A program made the position numbers and the translations under genes. The notes below the pieces were generated by a model. The model was not told the DNA's origin and ran no database searches. It saw nothing but the letters and a program-made list of their open reading frames with translations. From a virus (taxonomy: Duplodnaviria > Caudoviricetes), in IMG/VR virus record IMGVR_UViG_3300032177_000011, positions 1-63,474 of that record: a DNA stretch of 63,474 bases. One strand, written 5' to 3'. Shown in pieces: positions 19,399-28,950 of the stretch (positions within the stretch are counted from its first letter, which is position 1; each line of letters begins with the position of its first letter).

Positions 19399-21536
19399 AA
19401 AAAATTGGAATCCAGAGTGGAGTATCGAAGGAAAATACCCGCTATACCTCCGAAGGCAAATGGTACGACAGCGACAAGATTCGGTTTCGTAAAGGCACCC
19501 CCGAGAAGTTAGGTGGGTGGGCTCGGTATTCCGTCTATACCTTTCTAGGCATATGCCGCTCACTGTGGACATGGGTTACGCTTACTGGACTGACGCTGAT
19601 AGGCGTGGGCACAAACCTGAAGTTTTACATCAACAAGGGCGGGCTATACTATGACGTAACGCCTATTCGGAAAGTTGTGCGTCCTATGCTGGGTGCTAGT
19701 AGTACGGGTAATCCTTTTACTGCTACTGCGGGGTCGGCTGTAGTTTCTGTGTACGACGCTAACCATGGGTGCGTGCAAGGAGACTTTGTAACCTTTAGCG
19801 GGGCTACCGGACTTGGCGGAAATATAACAGCGGCACTACTTAATCAGGAATACCAAGTAACCGTACTCAGCGCTAGTACATATACGATTAATGTAGCTGC
19901 TACTGCTAATGGAACGGATGCCTTAGGGTCTCCGGGGGGCGGTACAGCAGTTATTGCCGCGTATCAACTTCTTACAGGAGCCGCAGTACAGGGTCCTACT
20001 TCGGGCTGGGGTGTTGGTAGCTGGGGGGCCGGTAAATGGGGTTTTGGGGATGCTAGCCTAACGGCAACTAGCCCGCTAAAGTTTTGGACCCAGAATAACT
20101 TTGGGGAGAGTCTGGTGTTTGGCCCTGCGGGCGAGGCTATGTATTACTGGAATGCGAGCGCGGGACTGGGTACTTCGACCTTTACCGTGACTATCGGGGC
20201 AACCGCGGTACTGACTTTTACTACTGGCCCCCTGCTACTTAATGGTACCGCAGTCATGCTAGAGACCACTGGGGCACTGCCTACAGGTCTCCTTACCTAT
20301 GTGGTGTACTACGTTATAAACTCCACAACCGTTAGCGGGGTCACTACGTGCAATCTATCCACCACGTACGGCGGCACTGCTATAACTACATCGGGAACCC
20401 AGTCGGGTACCCATATCCTTTCTAATAGGGGGATTGCGGTTACGTCTTTGGGTGGCGCTTCCAACGTTCCAATTGTTCAGAACGCGATCTTCATATCAGA
20501 CACAAGCCGCTTTGTGTTTGCCCTAGGGGCTAACGAATTCGGGACTGCCACGCAAGACCCTATGGTGGTACGCTGGTCCGATCAAGAGTCTGTAACCCAG
20601 TGGACGCCATCTGCCACTAATCAGGCAGGTAGCATTCGGCTTTCTCACGGGTCCAAAATCGTAGCTTGCCTGCAAGCGCGGCAAGAGATTCTGATATGGA
20701 CTGACTCCACCCTCTACGCATTCCAATATGTAGGGGCTCCGGTAGTTTGGCAGACGCAGCTTGTGGGCGATAACATTTCGCTTATGGGGCCTAACGCAGT
20801 AGCGCTGGCTTCAGGCGTGGTCTACTGGATGGGTATCGACAAGTTCTACATGTATGACGGTACGGTGCGAACCCTTGACTGCGACCTGCGAAAGTTTGTA
20901 TACCAAGACATTAACCTGACCCAAAATTACCAAGTATTTGCCGGTACAAATGAGGGGTTTAACGAGGTCTGGTGGTTCTACTGCGCGGCAGATAGCACTG
21001 CGATCAGTAATTATGTTATCTACAATTACATCGAGAAGGTTTGGTACTACGGCACGATGGGGCGCACAGCCTGGCTCGACTCGGGGCTAATAAATTACCC
21101 TATTGCTGCTACCTACAGCCAGAATATCGTCAACCACGAGTTTGGGGTGGACGATGAAGAAACGGATGTAACGCGTCCAATCAATGCCTATATCTCATCC
21201 TCTGAGTTCGATATGGATGACGGGGATCACTTCATGTTTGTGTACCGTATGCTACCGGACCTCTCGTTTGCGGGGTCTACTGCAGGTACTACTGCGGAGG
21301 TAACCTTAGGGCTGTATGCCATGAAAAACTCTGGGTCGGGCACGGGGTCGCTTGTATCTCAGCCTGTTAACCAATTGACTGGGGCGGAATACACTGTAAC
21401 TGAAGGGTTTACAGGGCAGATTTACACGCGCCTTCGCGGGCGGCAGATGATCTTGAAAGCCTCGTCCAACAAAATAGGTACCGCATGGCAGCTAGGTGCT
21501 ATCCGTTTTGATGCCCGGCCTGATGGTCGCCGTTGA
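19389..21536 (+). CDS. Tail nozzle/stabilization-like protein
   Basis: KIRFRKGTPEKLGGW, VRWSDQE, FNEVWWFY, GRTAWLD, RLRGRQ, RPDGRR end; start set at ATG 19389. Confidence 0.75.
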   Translation: MPIKKIGIQSGVSKENTRYTSEGKWYDSDKIRFRKGTPEKLGGWARYSVYTFLGICRSLWTWVTLTGLTLIGVGTNLKFYINKGGLYYDVTPIRKVVRPMLGASSTGNPFTATAGSAVVSVYDANHGCVQGDFVTFSGATGLGGNITAALLNQEYQVTVLSASTYTINVAATANGTDALGSPGGGTAVIAAYQLLTGAAVQGPTSGWGVGSWGAGKWGFGDASLTATSPLKFWTQNNFGESLVFGPAGEAMYYWNASAGLGTSTFTVTIGATAVLTFTTGPLLLNGTAVMLETTGALPTGLLTYVVYYVINSTTVSGVTTCNLSTTYGGTAITTSGTQSGTHILSNRGIAVTSLGGASNVPIVQNAIFISDTSRFVFALGANEFGTATQDPMVVRWSDQESVTQWTPSATNQAGSIRLSHGSKIVACLQARQEILIWTDSTLYAFQYVGAPVVWQTQLVGDNISLMGPNAVALASGVVYWMGIDKFYMYDGTVRTLDCDLRKFVYQDINLTQNYQVFAGTNEGFNEVWWFYCAADSTAISNYVIYNYIEKVWYYGTMGRTAWLDSGLINYPIAATYSQNIVNHEFGVDDEETDVTRPINAYISSSEFDMDDGDHFMFVYRMLPDLSFAGSTAGTTAEVTLGLYAMKNSGSGTGSLVSQPVNQLTGAEYTVTEGFTGQIYTRLRGRQMILKASSNKIGTAWQLGAIRFDARPDGRR

Positions 21537-21539
21537 CTT

Positions 21540-22397
21540 ATGACCCTACTATTTAAGCCTAAATCCCCTGCGTTGCAGATACTGCCAGAAGAGTACTCCC
21601 AAGACTCTTTCAGAGCGCAGAATAACATGCTGCGTATCTACTTCAATCAGCTAGACGCAGCAATGTCGGAACTGCTAGGTGGCACTGGGGGTAGGTTTTT
21701 GCAACATCCGTATGGGGCGTTTCAATCTTTAGTTACCCAGACTGCCCCTGCTAACACCGCCAAAGCGCTTACTTTTGACACGCTGGATTACGCCAATGGC
21801 GTGGCGCTCGGGGACCATGTAGCTGTAATGACGGCTTCGCAAGCACTAACAACGCTTACAGTCACTGCAGTGTCGGGGGACGATATCTATCTTGGGATGA
21901 CTCTAACGGGTACCGGAGTTGTAGCGGGCACCACAATTACTGCGTTTCTTACCGGCACTGGTGGTACCGGAACTTACAGGGTCAGCACGTCTGCTACGGT
22001 AGCTAGCACGACCATCACGGGAACCCTAACCTCCCGGCTTGTCGCAACCTATGGGGGTATCTACAACCTGCAGTTCAGCGTGCAAACCAAAAACATATCT
22101 TCGCAAGCCCACGATCTTGATATATGGCTTCGCCAAGACGGCCCCGGCCCCGGAGTAGATATCGCGGGTTCTCGGGGGTCTGTAACGATAGCGCCTCGGC
22201 ACGGCTCCGTTGATGGGGGGAGTATCGTGGGATGGAACTATTTTGTGCGCTTAGAAGCGGGGGAGTTTGTAGAAATTTGGTGGGCGGTCGATAGCACAAA
22301 TGTTACGATACCCGCCTACCCGGCAGCCACGGCTCCTGTGCGCCCCTCAACAGCCTCTGCGATAGTCACCCTATCGTATGTATCCGCAATAGTTTAA
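21540..22397 (+). CDS. Tail-associated protein
   Basis: [10 protein letters not shown]-terminus; [10 protein letters not shown] jelly-roll-like C-terminus. Confidence 0.65.
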   Translation: MTLLFKPKSPALQILPEEYSQDSFRAQNNMLRIYFNQLDAAMSELLGGTGGRFLQHPYGAFQSLVTQTAPANTAKALTFDTLDYANGVALGDHVAVMTASQALTTLTVTAVSGDDIYLGMTLTGTGVVAGTTITAFLTGTGGTGTYRVSTSATVASTTITGTLTSRLVATYGGIYNLQFSVQTKNISSQAHDLDIWLRQDGPGPGVDIAGSRGSVTIAPRHGSVDGGSIVGWNYFVRLEAGEFVEIWWAVDSTNVTIPAYPAATAPVRPSTASAIVTLSYVSAIV

Positions 22398-22409
22398 AGG
22401 TTCCGCATC

Positions 22410-24356
22410 ATGCCTATGCCTGAAGATACCCCTACGGTGCCGCCGTTAACGGCGGGCAGTACTAAAGATCAAATTGCTGACGCCTATAGGCAGTACTTTT
22501 CCCAACTTGGAGGAGCTACAGATGCTAATCGTAGTGAAGCTAAAACCTACCTTCAAGGGCTTGGCATTGCTGATCCTGTAGCCTCTCAGGGGTATGAAAC
22601 CTATTTATTGGGCCAGCGTTACGCGGACTATGTAGAGCAAAACCCTGACGTCAAGGCGTATTACCAGCAGCAAGGAAACTTTGACCCTATAGCTGCGGGC
22701 GCAAAACACTATTCCATGTACGGCTCTAATGAGAACCGTCTTGGTGGGGGCTTTCAAGACACAATTGATAGCTTAACCAAGCAGATTTTGGGTCAGGGGA
22801 CCTCCTCAAAATGGGGTGGCGAGGCCTTCGGAAGCGCGGAATCCACCGCTAAAGATATGGCGCGGCTTTTGTCGCATGCAGGCCTTACAGACATTAAAGA
22901 CTTTGGTGTTCGAGATAGAGTTATCCCGGAGCACGAGGTTCCTCAGGTGACGGGGGAAGGAGATGTCACCTCCAGCATTACGAGGCCCGCGCAAACAGTA
23001 AAGGAATACTACAACAAGGCAACTGGAGACCCCATATACGGACCCGACAATACCGGGGGGTACCATAAACTCGGCTACAAAGACAGTATTTGGGGCGGGA
23101 CTTATGCGGGAGAGGGCTCTACTGAATATAACGTTCAATTTAAGCCTGATGGGACGCCCGTTTTTTATACGCAATACGGGGGCACTAGCAATGACCTAGC
23201 TAAACTCTTGCAAGTCCCTGTGCTCGGAACCCTACTTCAAGCAGGCGCTTCATATTTTGGCGGGCCTCTTGGGGCTGCTGCACTCAATATTGGTGCGGGT
23301 CGAGATATTGAAGATGTGTTGAAAGCCGCGGCGCTTTCATACGTTGGCGGGGAAATTGCTTCGGGCGTCTCGGGCGCTACTCCCGTAGTTGAGGCCCTCG
23401 GGAAAACCGGGGCGAATATTGCAGGCCGCGTGGCGGGCTCTATTGCGACTGGAGGCGGAGTAGAGGGGGCGCTCCAAGCACTTGTCACGGGCGGGATTTC
23501 GGCGGCAATGCCTGAGATTACTAACCTAATTCCGGGGTTTAAGGACCTCCCCGATTTTGCGAAAAAAGCGGCTACCTCAGTAATAGCGAATACCTTAGTA
23601 GGGAAGCCGTTAGACCAGTCCATAATAAACGCGGCGCTTACCGCGGGTACCGATGCTGTCCAAAACGTTCTGCGCGACGCCGCTCGAGACGCCCGTGCAA
23701 ATACCTCTGCAACCCAGTTTGTGTTTAACCCTCGTGCAGACAGCGATCAAGCTACCAGAGACTTGGGTCTGACCCCTGCAGATACCTCTAGTTACGGCAC
23801 GACTACAACCCCGTTTGTGTTTAACGCCGCGAAAGATAGCCAGCAGGCTAACGAGGACTTGGCCCCGTTTGTGTTTAACGCCGCGAAAGATAGCCAGCAG
23901 GCTAACGAGGACTTGGGGTTGACCGCTACAACAACGCCCACACCGACGCCAAAAACAACGCCCACACCGACACCGACACCGACGCCTAAAACAACGCCCA
24001 AAACAACGCCCAAAACAACGCCCACACCGACGCCTAAACCGACGCCTATGCCCCAAGTGCAGGCGCAGACCGCTGCAGCCTTAGGGTTCCCGCTACTCGC
24101 CAATATGTTCTATTACGGCAAAGAGTTTGGGTCCAAGAAGCAGAAATTGGGGGAGCGTGGCGACCTAGCCGATGAGGACTACCGGGAGCTAAGCGTTACC
24201 GCTGCAGGAGCGGAGCCGTGGCAGTTTGCTGAGCAGCTTGCAGATACCCCTAAACCCGACGAAAATAGTGCGGACGAACTGATACAGAAACTTACGGCAG
24301 GGGACTCATCTGCCACTACGCTCGATGAGCTAATGAATATTATTGGGAGAGCTTGA
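22410..24356 (+). CDS. Putative internal virion/ejection protein with PT-rich linker
   Basis: G/A-rich hydrophobic middle; tandem PFVFNAAKDSQQANEDL repeat; PT/PK repeats. Confidence 0.6.
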   Translation: MPMPEDTPTVPPLTAGSTKDQIADAYRQYFSQLGGATDANRSEAKTYLQGLGIADPVASQGYETYLLGQRYADYVEQNPDVKAYYQQQGNFDPIAAGAKHYSMYGSNENRLGGGFQDTIDSLTKQILGQGTSSKWGGEAFGSAESTAKDMARLLSHAGLTDIKDFGVRDRVIPEHEVPQVTGEGDVTSSITRPAQTVKEYYNKATGDPIYGPDNTGGYHKLGYKDSIWGGTYAGEGSTEYNVQFKPDGTPVFYTQYGGTSNDLAKLLQVPVLGTLLQAGASYFGGPLGAAALNIGAGRDIEDVLKAAALSYVGGEIASGVSGATPVVEALGKTGANIAGRVAGSIATGGGVEGALQALVTGGISAAMPEITNLIPGFKDLPDFAKKAATSVIANTLVGKPLDQSIINAALTAGTDAVQNVLRDAARDARANTSATQFVFNPRADSDQATRDLGLTPADTSSYGTTTTPFVFNAAKDSQQANEDLAPFVFNAAKDSQQANEDLGLTATTTPTPTPKTTPTPTPTPTPKTTPKTTPKTTPTPTPKPTPMPQVQAQTAAALGFPLLANMFYYGKEFGSKKQKLGERGDLADEDYRELSVTAAGAEPWQFAEQLADTPKPDENSADELIQKLTAGDSSATTLDELMNIIGRA

Positions 24357-24357
24357 T

Positions 24358-26307
24358 ATGGGCGATAACGATGCGGCTAATGAATCGTTTTGGAATACGT
24401 TCTTTGGTGGGGGTGGGGGTGGGGGCGGAGGCGAACCCGATAACGATGCTCCTAATGAATCGTTTTGGAAGACTCTCATTGGTGGAGGTGTAACCGATAA
24501 CGAGGCGGCTAATGAAGCGTATTGGAAGGAGTTCTTTGGCACGAGCGATGGCGGGACCGACGCCGACGCCAACGAGGCGGCTAATGAAGCGTATTGGAAG
24601 AAGTTCTATGCAACCGATGTAGAGAAGTACAAAACCCCTGAATGGTCCAAAATCCTTAAGGCCTTTGGGCTAACCCCAACTAGTGCCGCAGTGCTTGGCG
24701 GCGCGGGATTAGGCTCGCTTTTTGGCGGTTCTGGCGGTTCTGGCGGTTCGTCGGGGGATACCGGCTACAAAGGGGGGATTCCTTCTCTTGCTGCTAGTCG
24801 AACCATGCTGCCTATTCCGCATACAGTGACTACAGACGCAGGGGGCGAAGCGTATTTACGGGCGAACCCGGATGTGGCTGCCGCATACAAAGCTGACTCA
24901 CAGGGATTAAGCCCTAAAGATTACGCAGCGACGCATTACGCTAAGTTTGGGCAGGGAGAAGGACGTACGTTGGCTACGGCACCTCGCAGGGCTGGGTCCG
25001 GTGGAGTTACATACTTCAGCCCCATGCAGTACAAGCCTGTGGCCTCTAATCCCGGGCTAACCCCCACTCCGTTTACCCCGCCTCCCATTATCCCCGCTGG
25101 CGGCACAACTCCGACCCCTGTAACTCCTGCGGTAACTCCTGCGGTAACTCCTGCGGTAACTCCTGCGGTAACTCCTGCGGTAACCCCAAACCAGTATGCC
25201 TTCTTAGGTGCGGAGCAGGTAGCGAGGGTTGTAGCTGAAGCCAACAGGCTGGCTGCTGCGCAGGGTATCTCCCCAGAGCGGGCGTTGTATAACTATGCAC
25301 AACAGCAAGGTATCCCCAATGCGGGAGTTGACTCGATGATGGGGTTCGAACCGGGCGCTACCGATAAATGGCTAGGGGGGCAGCCTTCCTTACAAGCGAA
25401 CGCTGCACAAGGTATAGCAAGTTTACCTATAACGCCAACGCCAACGCCAACGCCAACGCCAACGCCAACTCCAGCGAAAACCTACGCTTATTTGGGCGAT
25501 CAGCAAAAAATGGCGGTGATTGCGGAGGCTGAACGATTGTCTGAAGCCCAAGGCATCACCCCCATGCAGGCAATTTACAACTACGCGCAAACCAACGGCA
25601 TCTCCAATGCTGGTATTGACACCCTGCTGGGGTATACGCCGGGCTCGACTACTAAATGGCTGGCAGGGCAGAATATCCCTGCTCCGATAACGCCAACGCC
25701 AACGCCAACGCCAACGCCAACGCCAACGCCAACGCCAACGCCAACGCCAACGCCAACGCCAACGCCAACGCCAAACCCGTATGCCTTCTTAGGCAAAGAT
25801 CAGGTAGCGACGGTTGTAGCTGAAGCCAACAAGCGAGCGGCTGCGCAGGGTATCTCCCCCGAAATGGCGTTGTACCGATACGCACAACAGCAGGGTATCC
25901 CCAATGCGGGAGTTGACTCGATGATGGGCTTCGCCCCGGGCGCAACTACTAGCTGGCTAGCTACGCAACCCGCCCCTCAAGGTCACTCGTACACGGGCGC
26001 TACCCCCGTAAAACTCGCACGAGGGGGTATTGCGTCTCTGGCTAAAGGCAGACTGCTTAATGGCTCCGGAGATGGCGTTTCGGACTCTATACCGGCCTCT
26101 ATTGACGGGCACCAACCCGCGGCACTTGCCGATGGGGAGTACGTTATTCCGGCTCGGCTGGTTTCTGAATTAGGCAATGGGTCTACTAAAGCAGGCGCAA
26201 AAAGACTCGATATTATGATGCAGCGTATACAGCAGGCTAGAGGAAAAAGTATGGGTAAGAATAAAGTAGCCGTAGACTCTGCAGCTTATAAACACCTCCC
26301 CGCATAA
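24358..26307 (+). CDS. Putative internal virion protein with three repeated domains and PT linkers
   Basis: C-terminal G.GDG.SDSIPA...LADGEYVIPA..VS.LGNGS..AGA..L motif; internal repeats. Confidence 0.65.
   Translation: MGDNDAANESFWNTFFGGGGGGGGGEPDNDAPNESFWKTLIGGGVTDNEAANEAYWKEFFGTSDGGTDADANEAANEAYWKKFYATDVEKYKTPEWSKILKAFGLTPTSAAVLGGAGLGSLFGGSGGSGGSSGDTGYKGGIPSLAASRTMLPIPHTVTTDAGGEAYLRANPDVAAAYKADSQGLSPKDYAATHYAKFGQGEGRTLATAPRRAGSGGVTYFSPMQYKPVASNPGLTPTPFTPPPIIPAGGTTPTPVTPAVTPAVTPAVTPAVTPAVTPNQYAFLGAEQVARVVAEANRLAAAQGISPERALYNYAQQQGIPNAGVDSMMGFEPGATDKWLGGQPSLQANAAQGIASLPITPTPTPTPTPTPTPAKTYAYLGDQQKMAVIAEAERLSEAQGITPMQAIYNYAQTNGISNAGIDTLLGYTPGSTTKWLAGQNIPAPITPTPTPTPTPTPTPTPTPTPTPTPTPTPNPYAFLGKDQVATVVAEANKRAAAQGISPEMALYRYAQQQGIPNAGVDSMMGFAPGATTSWLATQPAPQGHSYTGATPVKLARGGIASLAKGRLLNGSGDGVSDSIPASIDGHQPAALADGEYVIPARLVSELGNGSTKAGAKRLDIMMQRIQQARGKSMGKNKVAVDSAAYKHLPA
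25690..25773 (+). repeat. (ACGCCA)14 coding microsatellite (Thr-Pro linker)
   Basis: Read directly; also (ACGCCA)6 at 25432-25467 and (GTAACTCCTGCG)5 at 25120-25179. Confidence 0.9.
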
Positions 26308-26316
26308 GGACTCAAC

Positions 26317-27366
26317 ATGGCAACCGCACCTACTACACCCGGAAGCAGCTCTTCCACCCTTTCTACTTGGGCAGGGCCATATGTAACGGATATGTTAGGT
26401 CAGGCTCAAGCCATTGCGGCTACGCCTTACCAGACCTACCAAGGCCCCATGACGGCAGGAGAGTCGGGGCTGCAGTCCAAAGTATTTCAAGGGCTTGGCA
26501 ATTTGACATTCCCCCAGAATATGGGGGGCACCTTTGCGCAACAGGGTGGGTCTTTCTTCCCCAAAGACGGGGCTGGCGGGGCGCAGCAGTACAACTTCTT
26601 AGGCAAAGATCAGGTAGCAAAGGTTACGGCTGAAGCTACAAGGCAGGCGGCTGCGCAGGGTATTTCCCCCGAAATGGCGTTATACCAATACGCAAAAACG
26701 AACAACATCTCCAACACGGGAGTGGATACGTTAATGGGCTTCGACCCGGGGTCTACCGATAAATGGGTAGGGGGGCAGCCTTCCCTACAATCGGGTCTTC
26801 CTCAGGGGGCCGGTACGGGCCAACCCTCAAGCGTAGCGCAGTCCTACATGAACCCGTATCTGCAGTCTGTGCTGCAGCCGCAGATGGAAGAGCTTCGTCG
26901 CCAATCTCAAATCACCCAAATGGGTAACGCTGCCAAGATGACGGGCGCTGGGGCTTTTGGAGGCGCTCGCCAAGGTATTATGGACGCCGAAACCCAGCGG
27001 AACCTCATGCAAGAGATGAATAAGACCGTGGGCCAAGGTTACGCAACTGCTTTTGATAAAGGCACCAACCAGTTCAACATCGAGCAGGGTCAAGGTATGG
27101 GGATTGCAAACCTGCTAGCCCAACAGGGTGCGGCGCAGCGCGGAATCGAGCAAGAAGGTGTAACTGCTGACTACAATGAATTCCTTACGCAGCGGGACTA
27201 TCCTATGAAACAAACTCAGTATCTGAACTCAATGATTCAGGGGCTGCCAGTATCTACTACAACTAGCTCCGCAGCGCCCATGACTAAATTAGGAGACCTT
27301 AACGCCACAGTGGGCGGCCTAGGCTCCTTGTTCGAGAAGATTAAAAAACTCATCCCTACGGATTAA
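26317..27366 (+). CDS. Putative internal virion/DNA pilot protein
   Basis: YMNPY...AGAFGGARQG motif; Q-rich; AAGGA RBS. Confidence 0.65.
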   Translation: MATAPTTPGSSSSTLSTWAGPYVTDMLGQAQAIAATPYQTYQGPMTAGESGLQSKVFQGLGNLTFPQNMGGTFAQQGGSFFPKDGAGGAQQYNFLGKDQVAKVTAEATRQAAAQGISPEMALYQYAKTNNISNTGVDTLMGFDPGSTDKWVGGQPSLQSGLPQGAGTGQPSSVAQSYMNPYLQSVLQPQMEELRRQSQITQMGNAAKMTGAGAFGGARQGIMDAETQRNLMQEMNKTVGQGYATAFDKGTNQFNIEQGQGMGIANLLAQQGAAQRGIEQEGVTADYNEFLTQRDYPMKQTQYLNSMIQGLPVSTTTSSAAPMTKLGDLNATVGGLGSLFEKIKKLIPTD

Positions 27367-27369
27367 CCC

Positions 27370-28941
27370 ATGAACCAAATGCAATCTCAACCTATGCCTA
27401 TGGGCCAGCCGCAAGGGGGTCCTCAGGGTTTTAGCGCCCCCGCTGCCGGGATCAACCTGTTCAAAGTGCAAGAGCAGTTGAAGGACATGCCGCAGCAGCA
27501 GATCATGGCGTATGCCAACGGGTCCAATCCGGACATGGTGCCTCCGTATATCGCCCTAGGCGAGATGGAACGTCGCACGCGCATGGTTAAGAATGCGCAG
27601 ACCGGCCAGCCCCCACAAGGTACTGTCAAAGACAATCTGGAGAACCAGATTAAGCAGACTGCGGGTATCGCATCCCTCGGTAATATGCGTCAGCAGCAGA
27701 TGGGGCAGGCCCAAGCACAGCAAGCTATGAGTACCCCCGGTGCCGTACCGGGCGGAGTGCCCCAACCCCAGCCCCAAGGGGAGCCCCCTGTAAGGATGGC
27801 CCAAGGCGGATTGGCTTCGGTGCCTATTAGCTCCCGCATGACCAGCTATAAAGATGGCGGTATCGTTGGGTACGCGGAGGGTGGGGATGTAGAGGACGAA
27901 GAGGATGAAGAGGACGATGAAGAAGAGAGTGGAGGGGCCCCTAGTCCTGTAATGCTTGCTAGCGCCCAACTTCCGGGGGCGGGTATGGGGAACCCAATGG
28001 GGGACTATGCGGCTGCTAGAGACGCAATTACCGCGCAGATAGGCAAAAGAGGTCCCGCACCTAAATCCCGCGAAGAAATAATAGCTGCGTTAACCAAATC
28101 AAATCCTGAACAAGCCGCCATGCTGCAGCGGAATGTTGAGGGTGAATACCTTAAACGTTTGGAAGAATTGCAAGGCAGACAAGGGGAAAACGATACCCAG
28201 GCTCGAGAAGACCTGCAATCTCGTAGGCGTATGGACTTGTGGCAGTCCCTTATTGCCGGTGGCGAAGGCTCTCGTGGTCGGGGTATTGGCGGACTCATGG
28301 CGGGTATGGGGCAGTCGCTTGGGCGCTCGTACGCAGAAAGGGCAGCAGAGGAAGCTGCACTGCGTGACTTACCCCTTAAACGCCAAGAGATTATGGCTAA
28401 GGCGCAGTATGAGATGCAAGGACTGCAACGCGCTCGCGCGGAGGGGGATATTAAAGCCGCCACCATGCACCAGCAAAATTTGGCTAAGCTAGAAAATGAA
28501 GCGAAGAAGGCTGAGTTGGGCGCATTGGGCCGGTCTGCCGGCGCAGCAGGTAATGTAGCCGGTCGATATGTGTCCGGGGAAGCAACTAAAGAAGCGGCTC
28601 GAACTTATGCCGCACAACGCCTTAAGTCTTCAGAAATTGCTGCGAAATCCAAAGAGGTGCGTGCGGGTTTACGTGGTAGTGGAAAAACTCCTCCAACGCC
28701 CATAGACATAGAGATGCTGCTAGCCGAATACAAGGAACTTGTAAAAGCAAATGCCGAATCTCCTAAGCTAAGCGAACCTGAGGGCTTACGTGCAGAGCGA
28801 GCCGCCCGCATTACAGAGATTAGGCAGCAGCTAGAAGCCTTTGGTACGACTGGAGTACGCCAAGCCAATAAAATACCCGCTACTCCCACTACCCCCGGCG
28901 CAGGCTTTAAAGTATTAGGTAGTCGCCCCGCACCCCAATAG
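27370..28941 (+). CDS. Putative internal virion protein
   Basis: Q/M/P-rich N-terminus, xAxGG motifs, acidic tract, helical C-terminus. Confidence 0.6.
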   Translation: MNQMQSQPMPMGQPQGGPQGFSAPAAGINLFKVQEQLKDMPQQQIMAYANGSNPDMVPPYIALGEMERRTRMVKNAQTGQPPQGTVKDNLENQIKQTAGIASLGNMRQQQMGQAQAQQAMSTPGAVPGGVPQPQPQGEPPVRMAQGGLASVPISSRMTSYKDGGIVGYAEGGDVEDEEDEEDDEEESGGAPSPVMLASAQLPGAGMGNPMGDYAAARDAITAQIGKRGPAPKSREEIIAALTKSNPEQAAMLQRNVEGEYLKRLEELQGRQGENDTQAREDLQSRRRMDLWQSLIAGGEGSRGRGIGGLMAGMGQSLGRSYAERAAEEAALRDLPLKRQEIMAKAQYEMQGLQRARAEGDIKAATMHQQNLAKLENEAKKAELGALGRSAGAAGNVAGRYVSGEATKEAARTYAAQRLKSSEIAAKSKEVRAGLRGSGKTPPTPIDIEMLLAEYKELVKANAESPKLSEPEGLRAERAARITEIRQQLEAFGTTGVRQANKIPATPTTPGAGFKVLGSRPAPQ

Positions 28942-28950
28942 GATTCACCC

